DNA of 64,000 bases from Nymphaea colorata (Eukaryota), in assembly GCF_008831285.2 (NCBI RefSeq), contig NC_045138.2:11966001-12030000 (forward strand), written 5' to 3'. How positions within the stretch are numbered: the stretch's first letter is position 1; each line of letters starts with the position of its first letter. Positions 11,919-25,500 of this stretch are shown in pieces. A program made the translations under genes and the position numbers. Under the pieces are notes generated by a model. The model saw only the letters and a list, made by a program, of their open reading frames with translations, did no database searches and was not told the DNA's origin.

Positions 11919-13517
11919 GAAAGTCTGCGCTGAGCATTTCCTCAAAAGGGAATGGGATAATGACTCGAAGATTTGGTATTGAAAGATGGCTTTGCACTAG
12001 GATTCTTTGGTATGGGTAGTTCTGACTTCTGAGACCCTGGCATTGGAACGATTATCTAGCTAGGTCACATTCAACGGGTTCGAATGCAGGGGGTAGCAGC
12101 TGTTGTCCATGATAGCTCCAATAGTATGCTCCTTAAATTCGTCAAATGGAGTGAAACACCGACCAATCGTCGTCCAGTGTTCCATTTCTTTCAATTCCTA
12201 TCAAACGCCATCCTCAGATCAAAGCAGACAGGATGGACAATAAGACAAGGGGTATAAACAACCTCAGCGTCATGCCCTGTTCCGAATAAATCCTATGAAC
12301 TTCCTGGACAGGATACTCGAGTGGAGCACTTGCGACCTCACATCTTACTCTCCTGCTCGATATCTCCCTCTCCTAGTCTCTCTATCTACTGTCTGCCCCC
12401 CCTCCCTCCTCCTCTCTCTCTTTTGTCTATTCCCTTCTAGCTTCTTCTCAGATCTGTCTGGTGCTCACTACAGTCTTCTTCTGGTGCAATGAGCAATAAT
12501 ATTGCTGCCGATTCATCTCCATCCTCCAAGGTAAGTCTTATACTTCTTGTTGTGCATCTCTCTCTATCTCCCTCTCTCCCCAACTCTTTCTCGTTCCCCC
12601 TTCTCTTTGCACATTTGGTATAATAGCTCTATGTGTGTCGTTTGCCCCTACTTGCTCATTTTTGTCATCAGTATTTGCTTTGCTTTCTTTTTTCCGTTAT
12701 CATCCATAAGAGCCACAAAAATCTTTTTCTTCATATGTACTTGAAAGAAGATCGACCTTAGGGTGCTCCCTCTTAGGTCTCTTTCAGAGGTGGAGCTATC
12801 ACTGGTTTGTAATGAAATTACTACTGTCAGGGAAATGAGCATTGCTATTAGTAGGAGTCAGCATCCCTTTACATACCTGTCGGCAAATGCTAAACAGAAA
12901 GATGGTTATTTTCTGGACATTGCATTTTGAAGGTGCATTTTTATCAAGTTCTAGTGCCTATAATAATCTGTTTTATCTGTTTGAGTGTGATGCTGATGGA
13001 AACATGTTGTTTAGACTGAACTAGCATATTTCTGTTTTTCTGAAGCATTCTTGCTGATTGAACTCTCTATGTTCAATCACCATCCTGCACTAAAGATAAA
13101 GATCAATAGAGGTTTCATAGGTGCACGTTCTATTAACTCAATCCACTTGCATATCTTTTCTACTAACGATGGATTGTGTCTTCCTGATGTAAAAATGTAA
13201 CTGATTACATCAAGCTTCCATGGGAAGCAACAATTAAACTTGCCTTCGCATCACATTATTAAGTTTATTTCCTACCCAAAAGGAATTGAAGATTGCAAAT
13301 ATGGAAAAAAAGGTGATATTTTTGTGTGTTAACACTCAATTCTGACCCTCAATGAGCTTTACATTTGCAAGTCTAGCCAAGTTTACTTGGCCCTGCCTAT
13401 AGGAGCAACAGTTGTTATCCTTAATCCTCTGCCTTAAGAGGAGAATTTTAAGACAGAGCATGGGTTTAGGACGTTTAACTTGTTTTACTAGCCCCTATCT
13501 ACAAGAGTGAGAGTTGT

Positions 13518-13520
<3 letters not shown>

Positions 13521-13583
<63 letters not shown>

Positions 13584-13601
13584 GAGAGAGAGAGAGAGAG
13601 A
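13521..13601. repeat. Compound (AT)30-C-(GA)10 microsatellite
   Basis: Read directly from the sequence. Confidence 0.95.
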
Positions 13602-16163
13602 CTGTGGTTACTTCTTACATTGGGCGTAGACTGGATCTGGGTGGCTTGGCTTGATTGACAGAGTAAACTTTCACGTCTAGCAGGAAGGAATAGATTGAAT
13701 AAGATGGCTAATGTTGTCTTTTGTGCCTCTCTGCTAATGGATTTGGCTGATGAGAGTCTGCCAAGTCTGCCTTGAGTTGTTGTTATCTTCTGCCTGAGAG
13801 TTCGGGCATTGCAAATGCCATTAAATTTCTGCCGTAGTGTGGGAGTATGTTGGTGTTGCTAATGTCTTCTCGAGAAAATGCTTCAGTTACAAGTTCTATT
13901 GATTACTTACTTAGGGTGATCACGATCATCCATGCCATACTGAACACCCACACACCTTATTCTTCATATGTAAGTAAAGGATGCCAACAGTTGGAATCAG
14001 TTATATATATATATATTATGTGTGTGTGTGTGTGTGTGTATCCACCGTGTTGTTATGGACTTTTTTATGGATGAACCAAAATACTAGAAGTCAATGGTAT
14101 TTATAGTGTGAAAGGCATTGTCTTCAACGCCTTATATATTAGAATATATGTCCAATATGATCAAATGGCTTACAATCTGCCACATCAAAACTAACTCTTG
14201 AAAAGGACATAAGTAGTGTAACAGGTATAAGCTATTTCATGAATTTTCTGGTTTTGTTAAATTCATGAAATCATCTGATACATAGACCTTCTCTTGCTGA
14301 AGTCATCTAGACCTAGTTCTGAAAATTTTCAAGGTATCCTTTTTCTGTAAGTCAACATTTCAATGTTCTGTTTGGTCTTATGGAAGCGGTGTGTTAGATA
14401 CTTTGAAACAAAACCTTTTTTGTGATTGGCGTACGGGAACATTTAAGTTTATGGTTTTTCTGGTTTCATAGTTCCCAAGTCTTAAAAACAAATAACTAGT
14501 TTACAGATGTGTAAACTATTCAGGTGTGAGTGTTCATCTTTTCAGATCTCCATTACTTTTACTGCTGTTCATGTGTACGCACAGTTTCACATTTTTCAAG
14601 TTAAAACTCTCAAGTTGCCTTTTTTATTTTTCAACTAAATGATTTCCTTTGAACTTCTAACGCATCTTCTCTAATTGCTTTTTATCATTAGAGAATAGTC
14701 TAAAGTCAGAATTCAATTCTTTCAGCAGATAGTACAAGAGTTGTGCTGGGAATTTTCAGTCCACAGCAACAACCTTACAGTTAGGAACTGGAAGAAGAAA
14801 CCACACCATCTGGGATTTTCGCAAGGGGCTCCTAATCAGCCAGAACTAAAGCATGCATTTCTTAAGTTTGTTGAGGTTTATAGCTGGTCATCTGAGTTTG
14901 TTGTTGTTATTAGTATTATTATTCAGATTATTGTCCTCACTGTTATTAGTATTAGTATTCATATTATTGTTCTTTAACATAAGATATTTCTGCTCCTTTG
15001 TCTTGGCAGTTTCTTGATAATGACAGCCAGGTTTATTTGGACATCAGCTACACCTTTGACATTCGAAAAGAATGGCCATCACCTTCCTAAGTTAGTTTGG
15101 TGGCCTTCAGAGAGATTCTAATTATTTGTTAGCTCATGTATTATCTCTCAGTTCAATGGAGTGATTTCTATAACTTAGTCCTGTATATTGTATAAACACT
15201 TGTTATCACATCTCCAATTTTTTATTGTTCTAGCACTCTGAATTCTATTGTCATGGTACCGGAGCTCGATAACTGGTTCAGGTAACTCAAGCGTGTTGTT
15301 GGTCGGGTTTTTTCTGTAAAAGCAACTCTGGCCACTTCAGCACTTGATGGTTCAGGCTGCATGACACAAAAAACTTGTTGTACTGAAAGTAACATGCACA
15401 CATCATGATATGGCTTTAAGTTCAAGCAATTCCTTCAGCTGCAGCTGAGTCATCCAGTTTTCTGATCTTGTTGTCATTGAAATGTCTGTTTTTATTGCTT
15501 CAACGATCGTATAGAGATTTCACATTCAGAGGAGATTTCTCCCCACCTCTAAATTCTCTTCTATGTCACTTACTGTTTGTAGATACCAAGCCTGTCAGTA
15601 TCTTTTTGTTGTTCGCATCTTGTGAACTCAATTTTTTACCAGGATGGTATTGAAAGCTAAACAAGGAATTTTTGTCTTTTAACATATTTAATGATTTCGA
15701 TGGTCTTTGGCATCCATGCCTTCTTTCCGGATGTTGCAATGTTTAAGTTCTTGTCACTCATTGCCTTTCTTTAGCTTTCTTTTTCAAACCATGATGCTTA
15801 GGCTTGTTGGAAACCTGTTTTAGCATCAAGGATAGTTTTAGAACAGGTGGTTTTACATTAAAATGTGGTTCCTAACATGGTAATATTTTTTATACACTTG
15901 AGCCTGCAATTATTTTTGGCTTCTTTGTATCAATATTTTTCTGGTTGGACCAACTAATAGCAGGCTTATTAGTGCGCAAGTTGATTGAGAAATGCAAGTT
16001 AAGCCATAAGTTGCATGTCTTTGGGACCCAATTAGGTGCTTTATGTTTCTGAATACTACGGCAAACATGATATAGAACATTATATATTATTGGAACCCAG
16101 TTACTTGAATAGTTTTTCTCGGTTGATATAGGTTAAGCAAACTAATTCCTCTCTCACAGGGGT

Positions 16164-19100
16164 TGCATACACCTTAGTCGGTCAGTTTACTTAAAAACAT
16201 GAAGGTAAGGCCACAAGGCGTTCTTTTTTTATTTACTTAAAAATAAAGTATTCTTGTTATCAAACAGCAGAAAAAACATATAAAAATGACCATAAAAAAC
16301 AAGAACACCGCGATAAAACAAACAGATTCAACAAAACAAAAAATAAACAGCAAACAAAATAGAGAGAACAGATAGGCAACACAAACATTGGACAAAAGAG
16401 ATATGGTGTTCGATAAAACCATCAAACACTAGACAAAGGACATTGTTCGTGAGGAAAGGTAGGACATGACATCCTATCCACTCTATGCTACAGGACAACA
16501 ATCAAACAACCTCTAAGGGTCCACTACATTTGGGACTCTTCTACTCTTTGATTCTGGACACTTGTCACAATCCTAAAAAATCCTTTACATTTGAGGCTCT
16601 CTAATTTTTTATAAATAGAAAAGCCCTAAAGGGGGATGACCCATCCAAAGGTCCTTTCTCTACTCCTTGGATTCTGTGTGAACCTTAGAAGGAATTCTAT
16701 TTCCGCTCACGTCCAAGCCAAGCCAGGGAAAGAAGTAGAAGACATCGATGTAGGATGTGTGTGTGTGTCTCTCTCTCTCTTTCATTGTGTATATATGTGA
16801 TTTTTGTTATTTCTCTTTGTATTTAGCACAAACATGTCAAAAAATTATTTATTTTTAAGCTTTTAGGTCGACATTTCAGATTTTTGTATATTTTCTAAAA
16901 TTTAGATATGTAACTTTTTGAGTTTATACAAAATTCAAAATTGCAAAAGTTCCAAAGATTTGGCATAACTTTAGAACTATATCTTTCTAACTAGAAATCA
17001 TTTTGACAGTCTATAAAAACTATATGTTTCTCCTATATGTCTAATTTGTTTTTCTCAATTTTCAACAAATTCTAAGCTTATTTGGTCCTACATTTGCTTG
17101 TTTTCTCAAATCTATTTTTTGCAATTAATAAACTACAAAAAATTGGGTGTTAAAATTTGTCTAATTGAATCTTTGATTTCTATATATAATTTCTTTTCAC
17201 TGTATTTCAGACAATTTCAAGTTGATTTGACTAGTCAATTAGACCATTTGGTTGGAATTATTTTTCTGCAATTCTGTAGAATTTTGTAGAATCTTATTTT
17301 CTGCCAACTTTGTGATGTCGTTTCTTTCTCTCTTTTTTTTTTTTTGAAAGTTTCAACTTTTGTTTATTATAATTTATACAAAAAATCTACAAACTAAATT
17401 TTAGGAAAAACCAAAAATTTCAACTTTTGTTTATTATAATTTATACAGAAAATCTACAAACTACATTTTAGGAAAAACCAAGTTGATTTGGCTCCCTTTC
17501 CATCAATGTGGTCATGGAGACATGAACTTTTCTTGTTTCTGTTATTTTCTGATGTTCATATTTCTACTTTAAGTTTCAGAAGTCATAACTTTTTACCTCA
17601 TGCATGTTTCATATCTATAAAATCATTTTAATTCTATGTTATGCATATAGTCTACAGACAATTTTTTTTTAGATCAATGCAAAGTGATTTAATGGAGTTT
17701 TGGTTGGACCAAATGTACCTCTTTAACCTATTTTTCAAACTTTGTTTTCTACAATTTCTGATTTCTGTCATAGGCTTCCGGTCCTATATCTTGAAGATCT
17801 AAAATGTTTTCTAAATCTATTGCTGTAATTGATTGTCCCATGTTTAGAGAGTCTTCCTATCAAATTTTGTGTCAATCCAATATTGCTAACCTAGTTTTCA
17901 AAGTTGTCAAAATCATCCACCTAATCAAGTTGTCATGTTTTCCAAACTTAGCCAAATTCTCATGCTTCAACTTATTAACCTAGGTTCAACCCGACTTTAG
18001 TATTTAATTTTGGCATCTCTTCTGTTTTAAACATAGTTAGGGTCTTGTAACATGTCCTAACTCTAACCTAAGGTGCCTAGGCTTGCAAACATAATTCAAC
18101 ATGTTAGTTTACATTCTTGTTATTATGCATATCATTTTTTATTTTTAATATTATGCAGCTATTGATTTCAAAATTTACATTTGAATTCATAAAGAGTTCA
18201 AGCTAGCTCAACACATGCCTCAAAACAATAGTCCTTGCATGTGTATTCTTGATCTAGCTTGGCTCCTACATGGGTTCAGTTTTCAAATTCATGCATCTTA
18301 TAATTAGATGTTTTATAATGTTTGATGTCCATTCATATAGTTTGCTTTCGCTTTGCATCATGTATTTAATTTGAACCATGCACTTAGAATTAGGTCAAAG
18401 TGGTATTAGGTAAGCCTGGGCAACGGGCCAGGTACCAGATGGTACCCAATACCTGGCTCGGTTAGGCCTGGGCCTGAAAAAAGCGGCCCGAGTTGGCTCA
18501 ATAGGGCCAGGTTGAGCCAAGACCAGGCTTAGGTATCGGGTATCAAGCCTGGGCCCAGGTTTCGGGCGTCGGGCAGGGCCGATGCCCAGGTCTAATATCA
18601 GGTTAGGTTATTAGCTACATGCATGCAGTAATAGTCTTTGCATGTACTTGATGCGAATTGACTTTCATACATAAACATGTTTTCAAAAATATTGTGTTGA
18701 ACTGCACAATTTCGAAATTGAACTAGTTTCCAAACTTGTTTCAAAACACTAGGTTGAGATTTAAATCATAGATTGAACCTACCCAAAACTGTATTAGGCT
18801 GACTCGATGCCTTAGTAAAGACCATAGGTTGAACCCGCTAGTCACCCATGTTGGAACCTAGTTGAAACCCTAAGCCTAGTTAGATTAACTTAAATGCCCT
18901 TTTAAACCTAGATGAGCTGTATGAATTAGGAATGGCTCCATAATCTCTTGAATTGGATTTCATATCTTTGAATTTGAATTTAGATCTGTTTAAATCTAGT
19001 TTTACAAAATTGGATTTTAATTTAGATATTATATTTAGAGGAACATATCTAGATCTCAAGTAATTTGATCACGATTTTGGATCTTACAATGGATTTCAAA

Positions 19101-21430
19101 TATCACATCTAGAACTTTGGATCTCATATCTTAGAATTTCGATAATAATTTCTGACCTTATCATATTAAAACCTACTTTGAATTTTGGATTTCAGATCTC
19201 TACTTTGTTTGGATCAAGGACTTAGTTATTACAAGTTTAGATTTCAAAACTGAACTCAGATCCGAACATTAGTTGACCTCATGTCCAAACCCTAATTTTT
19301 CATTAAATTTGATCATAAAATAAAAAAATTCCATTATTCCTAAATCAGATCTTGAACTCAGATTTGGACATCAATATTTTTTATTTCAGATCATAGATCT
19401 CTTTAGGTCTACATTTCAAAACCTTAGAAATCGAATCTCACCTATGTTTGGACCTACTTTGCATCATATTAGATCTAGGAACCATTGCATGGATCGATGA
19501 TGAACTGTCTCCCTTGATTTCAAATGTATATTCATTTGGTTTGTGCACTCTAACTCTAATTTTGGACAATCTGCTTATATTTTCTAAAATTCATATTTTC
19601 TCTAAACTAGGGCATGTTAGTATCTAGAAGACAACCGTAACTTCGAGTCTGCAACACTTAGCCTAGTCCTTAATCTGATTATCCTTAGTAAAGGCATCAA
19701 GAACGGTTAGATCTCGTATTGGCAGGTCAGGTCGTATCTCTCGTAATTTTCTACAAGAAATAAGGAGGCGAGTATATTTTTGAACTTTTCACATATGAAT
19801 GGTCATTGTGAAATTTTGAATGTAAACAAAAGTGGCTACCATGGTGAAACCTGTCTCTATTTCGACTATATCAAGTGCTCTAGATCACTAGGTTCTGATT
19901 GTCATATAAACCATAGAGTCATTTAGGTGCCCTCATGTGATGTGTGCATTTCTTGTCTGCATTGAGACTTAGAATTTAGAGAAATTTTGGATGTACATGT
20001 AGATCTATGATCAAATATAGCTCATCTTAATTTAGATATTTTTGAAAACCATGATTTCTTCTGTTTAATAATTTAAACCTCTTTAGGATTTGCATTAGAG
20101 CTCTTAGTTGGTGCATGTGCTCATGTTTTCAAACCTTTTTGTCAACCTATATAAGCCTCGATCATTGTCACAGGATTTTTCTTGTTAAACCATAGCTTCA
20201 GGGGATTCAATGGCTAGACCAACATACTAGATGCATGTATTGACCTTCTCCTTACTATGTATTAAGATAATAATCATGTATATCAGTAAGATCCAAGGAG
20301 AATTGACAATCATAAACTATAGAACCCACAAAGGAGTGTATGCTATGTACATAGATTTTATCCAAGCATATAGGCGTAACTTGATATGGAACCGTGACTG
20401 ATTATGAACCTTATAAGATCTAGCTTAGGAGTCCAAGCCATTTTCAAATATGCATCATAGTGATATGGCTTATGGGGTGTGTTGCATGTGCATCTTTGTG
20501 TGATCCATGTTTGTATTGTCTCATCCCTTCAAAAAATTCTTTTCAAAAACTAGATGTGAATTCTTAATGGTGTTGTCCCAGTTTGTTCTTCAAAACTGTC
20601 TAGAAATCCAAATCCTACCTTATGCTATCAGTCCACCACTTTGGACATCTCTTTTTGCCTATTCTAGGTGAAATTTGAACATCATGTTGTCGGTACCTCC
20701 TCCATTGGGTTGACCCAATGAGGCACATTCTCTTCACTAATTCTAGCCATCTTCTGTTTTGTCTGATCAATTTGTCCTAACCTCACCACGTCTCTATAAT
20801 GGTATTTTTCAAAACTATGTCAATTTTATGGGAACATAGAAATGCCAAGACACTATGACCCTTAGAACCAAATCAAGAAAGAATATCAGGGTAGAGGAAG
20901 AAGGGACTAAGCTAGAGTACAATGAAGGGTCCAACAGCTTTGAGGATGAGTGCCTTAGTACAATGAAGGGTCCAGCAGCTTTGCCAAGTTCCAGAAACGT
21001 TTGAAAAAATGATGAACAATGGAGCTGAATCATCTAGAAACAGGAGTAGGGGAACTTCGACCAAGGGATGCTCTCTCAAATCATCTTAGACCATATAATC
21101 CTGAATTGGGCATATGGAAAAGCGAGTGCACCACATGCAGACCAAAGGTAAGCAGATCTATACAAAAAGGAACTTCTACGAGGGCATCAACGATTAAGAT
21201 TTAGGACTTCCCAAGAAGTTCAGCAAGTTCAAAGGAACTGAGAACCTACATGTAGACCTAGGCATTTTCTTTACCGAGTGTGGCAAATTATGAGATAATG
21301 ACAGGACACTTTATATATGTTTTCCAAGAATATTACAGAGGGAGATGACACAATAATATATGAAGCATATAGATCCCTCCAATGATTTTGATGAGGTTGT
21401 AAACACCTTCATTGACAAGTACAAGTCTAA
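16164..21430 (+). mobile_element. 5' part of an Ogre/Tat-like Ty3/gypsy retrotransposon: ~3.7-kb LTR (16164-19828), PBS-like site and degenerate gag
   Basis: TGCATACA...TGTAAACA termini, TATAAATA at ~16610, and TGGCTACCATGGTGAAAC directly after the LTR end (19833). Gag-like PKKFSKFKGTENLHVDLGIFFTECGKL*DNDRTLYICFPRILQREMTQ*YMKHIDPSNDFDEVVNTFIDKY at ~21207-21422. No pol and no second LTR. LTR limits are inferred. Confidence 0.6.
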
Positions 21431-21458
21431 TTGTTCTAAAGTTCTTGCCATTCATTAA

Positions 21459-22508
21459 TCGAGACCCAAAAAGGATTTTGGCCGGTGGTAGGCTTTTGGG
21501 AAAGTTAGGTTGATCGGGTGTCTTCATTCAAGCTATGGTGCGGAGGAAGAACGAAAGGAAGTGAGAGGTAGGGGCGGGGAAAACTGTCGAGTCGAGCAAG
21601 CTTGATAGGAGAGGCAAAACAAAAGAAGGATTTGGCCAAAACGAAGGCAATGCTTTGGATAGCATGACTGATCACCATCAAAACAAAATAATCTTTCTAA
21701 ATCACTTCCGATCAGCAGGCCTTCAAGCAACTGAAAGATGCTGGGGTTATTTTTTCGTGCAATACTTTCCGAAGAAAAATAACAAAATGCATTTCGACCC
21801 CATCGTATTTATCAATCATTTCGTGGCTCCGGGTGCGGCTGAACCATCTATGATTGGGGGAGCGAAGGAATAAGGAGAAAGTTTGGATAAGAGAATACGT
21901 TCTTGCATCGTTCTTTTTGTAGAAAGCTCAACCCGCAATCAAAAGACTTTGGCCGAAGCCAAAAAAATGCTGACCTACTTCATTCACCAAGTGAATGATC
22001 TTCACTTCGTGAGAACAACATAAACCACCTCCTCTCTCTTTCCTTTCTTCGGTGCAACCTTTATCTTTCCAAGGGATGGGGTTGGGGTGTCTAATAACCT
22101 AATTGAGGATGCACGTGAACAACTCCTGGGTCAATTAAAGATCAAATTAAGGAACCTCATGGATAAGGAAAAGGTAATGAAATTGATAGAGAAATTCATA
22201 GACCTAGGTTGAATAGGAGAATTGCTAAAGGGAATAGAGATGTTGATAGGGATCATACTGAGAAACATAAGAATTCCATACGGATACAATTCTTATTTGA
22301 ACGAAGTGCAAAAAATGTGAACGTTGTTTCTAATAGAACAAACACTAATACCTTAATAGAGTCGGTCAAGATCAAATCTGTTTATCAAAGTGCTTCTCCG
22401 CTTGCTCAAGACATCTCTTTTCAACCAAGGAACAAAACATGATCATTTGTTCCATTTTTAGTCAAATAGTGAAGGATGTTCGATTAGTAATGCCCAAAGG
22501 GGTGGAGG
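21459..22508 (+). pseudogene. rps3: Nuclear copy of mitochondrial rps3 (exon 2 fragment, NUMT)
   Basis: Translates with stops and frameshifts to [25 protein letters not shown]...HFDPIVFINHFVAPGAAEPSMIGG...LDKRIRS.I..FVES...[19 protein letters not shown]...[10 protein letters not shown]...LIEKFIDLG...[37 protein letters not shown]...KGVE, matching plant mitochondrial Rps3. Confidence 0.93.
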
Positions 22509-25500
22509 AGATCTATAACCTCTTCTTCCCTCCACAAGTCTATTCTTATGGGTCTTCCTCTTGAAGAGCCAATGTTCGTTGCCTTCTTTCTTCTCGCACG
22601 TGTGAACACCGGAGGAACATCCGCATGAAGGTCTGAAAGACCCTGGCTTTGTCACTCAAAGTAAAGTACCTTCACTCTTTGTTTATAAAGAAAGGCCTTC
22701 CATGTCAGAAAAGTGGTTAGCTAGTCATCCCTACACCTCCCACTTTTTTGCCTCCCTTTGATTCAAGCCCTAAGTGGTACTATTATGAACTTTTCTTCTT
22801 TCTTAGTTCAGGGTGGATGAAGTGGGAAGGTGAGTTGGTTTGGTTGTTTCGAGACCAGTTATTCAGAAATAAGATTCTCAATCATCAAAACTAACGATAG
22901 AAGATGAGAGAAGCTAGTTATCTTAGAGTAGATCAGATGATGGTTAAGGCTTGGAAAGGCAATTCAAATCGTTCATGTTGACTTTATTGCTATTGAGCTT
23001 TCTTTCTACTGGTGACGAGACTGGTTTATTTCCTATCAGAAAAAATACCTAATTCTCCCTTATGGCTAGTATGAGTGAGGCTTAGGGAACAGTCATTATA
23101 GGGAGCCACCCATTCTCCTTATACTTCCTTTTCTTATCTATTTTTCTTTTTCTCCTTCGCGTAGGTTAAGCAACAAAAAATGCTTCTAAGATATATATTT
23201 GAATATCATAGCTTGAACCCTATTAATGTCTACCCTTTTTATCAAGAGCTCTTCACTTTCCACTTAGAAAGGGTCTCCTCTTTGTTCATTACGTAAGCTT
23301 GCTAGCATACCGGCTGAACCTGAAAATTTTTCATAAGTTCGCTATTGTGCACTCCTGCTACGACGCCTACAACTAGAGCTACGCAAACTATAACCACTGA
23401 TGAAGAGATAGGAGCATCTTCTATAGAGTCTATACTATGCAAGCTTATAGGTTGATTCCTGCATCATAAACTACCCTCTTTCCTTGGGTAGGCATTCCTG
23501 CTATCATACCTTCTATTCAGTCCAATGAAGCTTAAAACCTAGCTCCATCCAGAATCGCTCCTTATGGGGCAGATAAGCACGTGTGCCACAACCCAGTCAA
23601 TGGCATCGGTGCTTGAAACGGAGAACAAGGCAGTAGGACCGACCACCACCATCTGAAAGATAGACGTACGCACTACAGAATTGTAGTGGAGAATATTGTT
23701 TTGGGGTTGTTCCAGACACTCACATATGACATCTTATCCATGGAGACTCTGTTGTTGTTCACAGTTGTCCCTAAAAAGAGCATCCAGGAACGAACCAACC
23801 GACAAAAGTGGGCAGGAGTTGGTTTAAGCCAAGGGCGGCTCATGCTTGACATTCAAAGGTTGGAGCTACTCATCGCTAGCTACCACTTGAGCGGCATGGG
23901 ACATGGGATTGACCTATTGATGCTACTGACAATGGCAGGGTTTTGGCTACTGCTCTGTTTATAGAACTTTGACCCTTCCATGAATCTTTCTTATGCCAGT
24001 TGAATGATCTTTCTAGCCTTTATGTCTCTTTCCAAAATCTCTAGCCTCTATGGCTGAGTCATCCGTACATAGAGAATCTATTGGAGGGACTCTGGATTCA
24101 TAATGAAATGGTGCCAAGTAATTGATTGATCAAAACAGACTAGATGGTCCTTTATAGACTTGTTATAGGAGTAATGTGAAAACTTATATAGTGGTATTTT
24201 CTTATATAGTGATATTTTGAGGTTACTTATGAAACTTATTAAACAAAGCTTTCTTGTTAAGAATCTTTCGATAGACTAATCTATCTATACAATTAGGGTT
24301 AGTAGTCTATCTTTGATTTACTCACTACCGGATAGATTCAGATAGCATTGGGGAAGATTGGGGTGAAAGGGAAATGTGAAATACTAATTGGTTCCAAAAC
24401 AAAATTTGTGAATCAGCAAAAAAAATGACAGGGAAAGGCTGAGTATGAAGTATGAACCAATGGTTCTGTAACTCATGAAAGTCGTAGCAGCTTCCCTTTG
24501 CCACTCATCCAAGCCACCTCCCCAACAGATTCTACCATGGAGGCCAAAGATCCAGGCCCTAGGTATTCCCCAAACTACTGCACTTTTTTTGCTAACTCAC
24601 TATTAAGGTGGTCCTGATCATTCAACTGATGTATGCCGCCTGCTCGCCGCTCCAACCACCTGGCAAAACAAATCTTGTCTGTAAGTATTATCATAGCGAA
24701 ACAAATCTTGTTCTGTAAGTATTATCATAAAAGACTAAGGGACTCATAGTACTAATGTTGCTACTACTACTCCCGACCCAATTTAAAGGTGGGTGGTGTT
24801 GTGGATATAGAGAACCCACTAAGTCGATAGAATCAACGATCTACTAATGCTTATAGTTAGGTTATGTCGCTACTAGAATCAGTGATGCTTGTGTCGAATC
24901 TGTGGAAAGGACTAGGTAAACTAGTGCTTCTTTGACCAGATCTAGGGTTGGACAGGCAACTGCTTGCTTGCAGTTATTATCAATCTATGCTTACGGTTTA
25001 CTCTGTTTGAAAGCAACCATCATGCCACGTAACAAGAAAAGCCCCACACTTTGTGAGTACTTAACTTAAGCTTTGATGAACTAATTTGATAAGACAAGAA
25101 GGCTTCGTTTTGATGTGACATGACCTTGAGATGAAAAGTGAGTGCTTTTTTTATGATATGAGCTCACAAGATTTTCAGAACATTTTGGTAGAAAGAAGGG
25201 AATTCATTAACAAAAAAAGTGAATATCATTTTGCCTGAATAATGACATTCAATCATCAACTAATTCAGACAAAATGGTATGAATTTCTTTTTGGTGTGGT
25301 AAGCAAGAATGTCATATAATTCCAATTACCATCTAACCTGGATGAGTTCCCTTCTTTCAATCAATGAAAAGTTAACAGGAAAGATTTTCTTAATAAGCTT
25401 CATAAGTGATTCAAGAGAAGATTGAAAGGAGTGCTTCCTAAAAGAGATGGTGAGGTAATTCAAACAAAATTCACTCTTCTTTTGCTTTGATGAGCTAATT

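Larger units (their letters stand above)
6130..12310 (+). mobile_element. Degenerate L1-type LINE with four nested insertions; RT core missing
   Basis: ORF1-like FARILLEV and a CX2CX4HX4C knuckle (CSDCGFTTHSSSSC, 6298-6339). ORF2 endonuclease motifs ILNWNVCGL (~7581), VLVDTKQ, CIGDFN and DHC (~8250). FRF..CW at ~9355, QKS..W...GDANTKFFH at ~11290-11350, zf-RVT-like EESLFHIFLNCP at ~11535 and WWIWRHRN at ~11725. Many stops and frameshifts. Confidence 0.85.

Noticed and set aside
21459..22508. Functional nuclear transfer of rps3
   Set aside because: Multiple stops and frameshifts, truncated at both ends, unedited codons and no targeting peptide.
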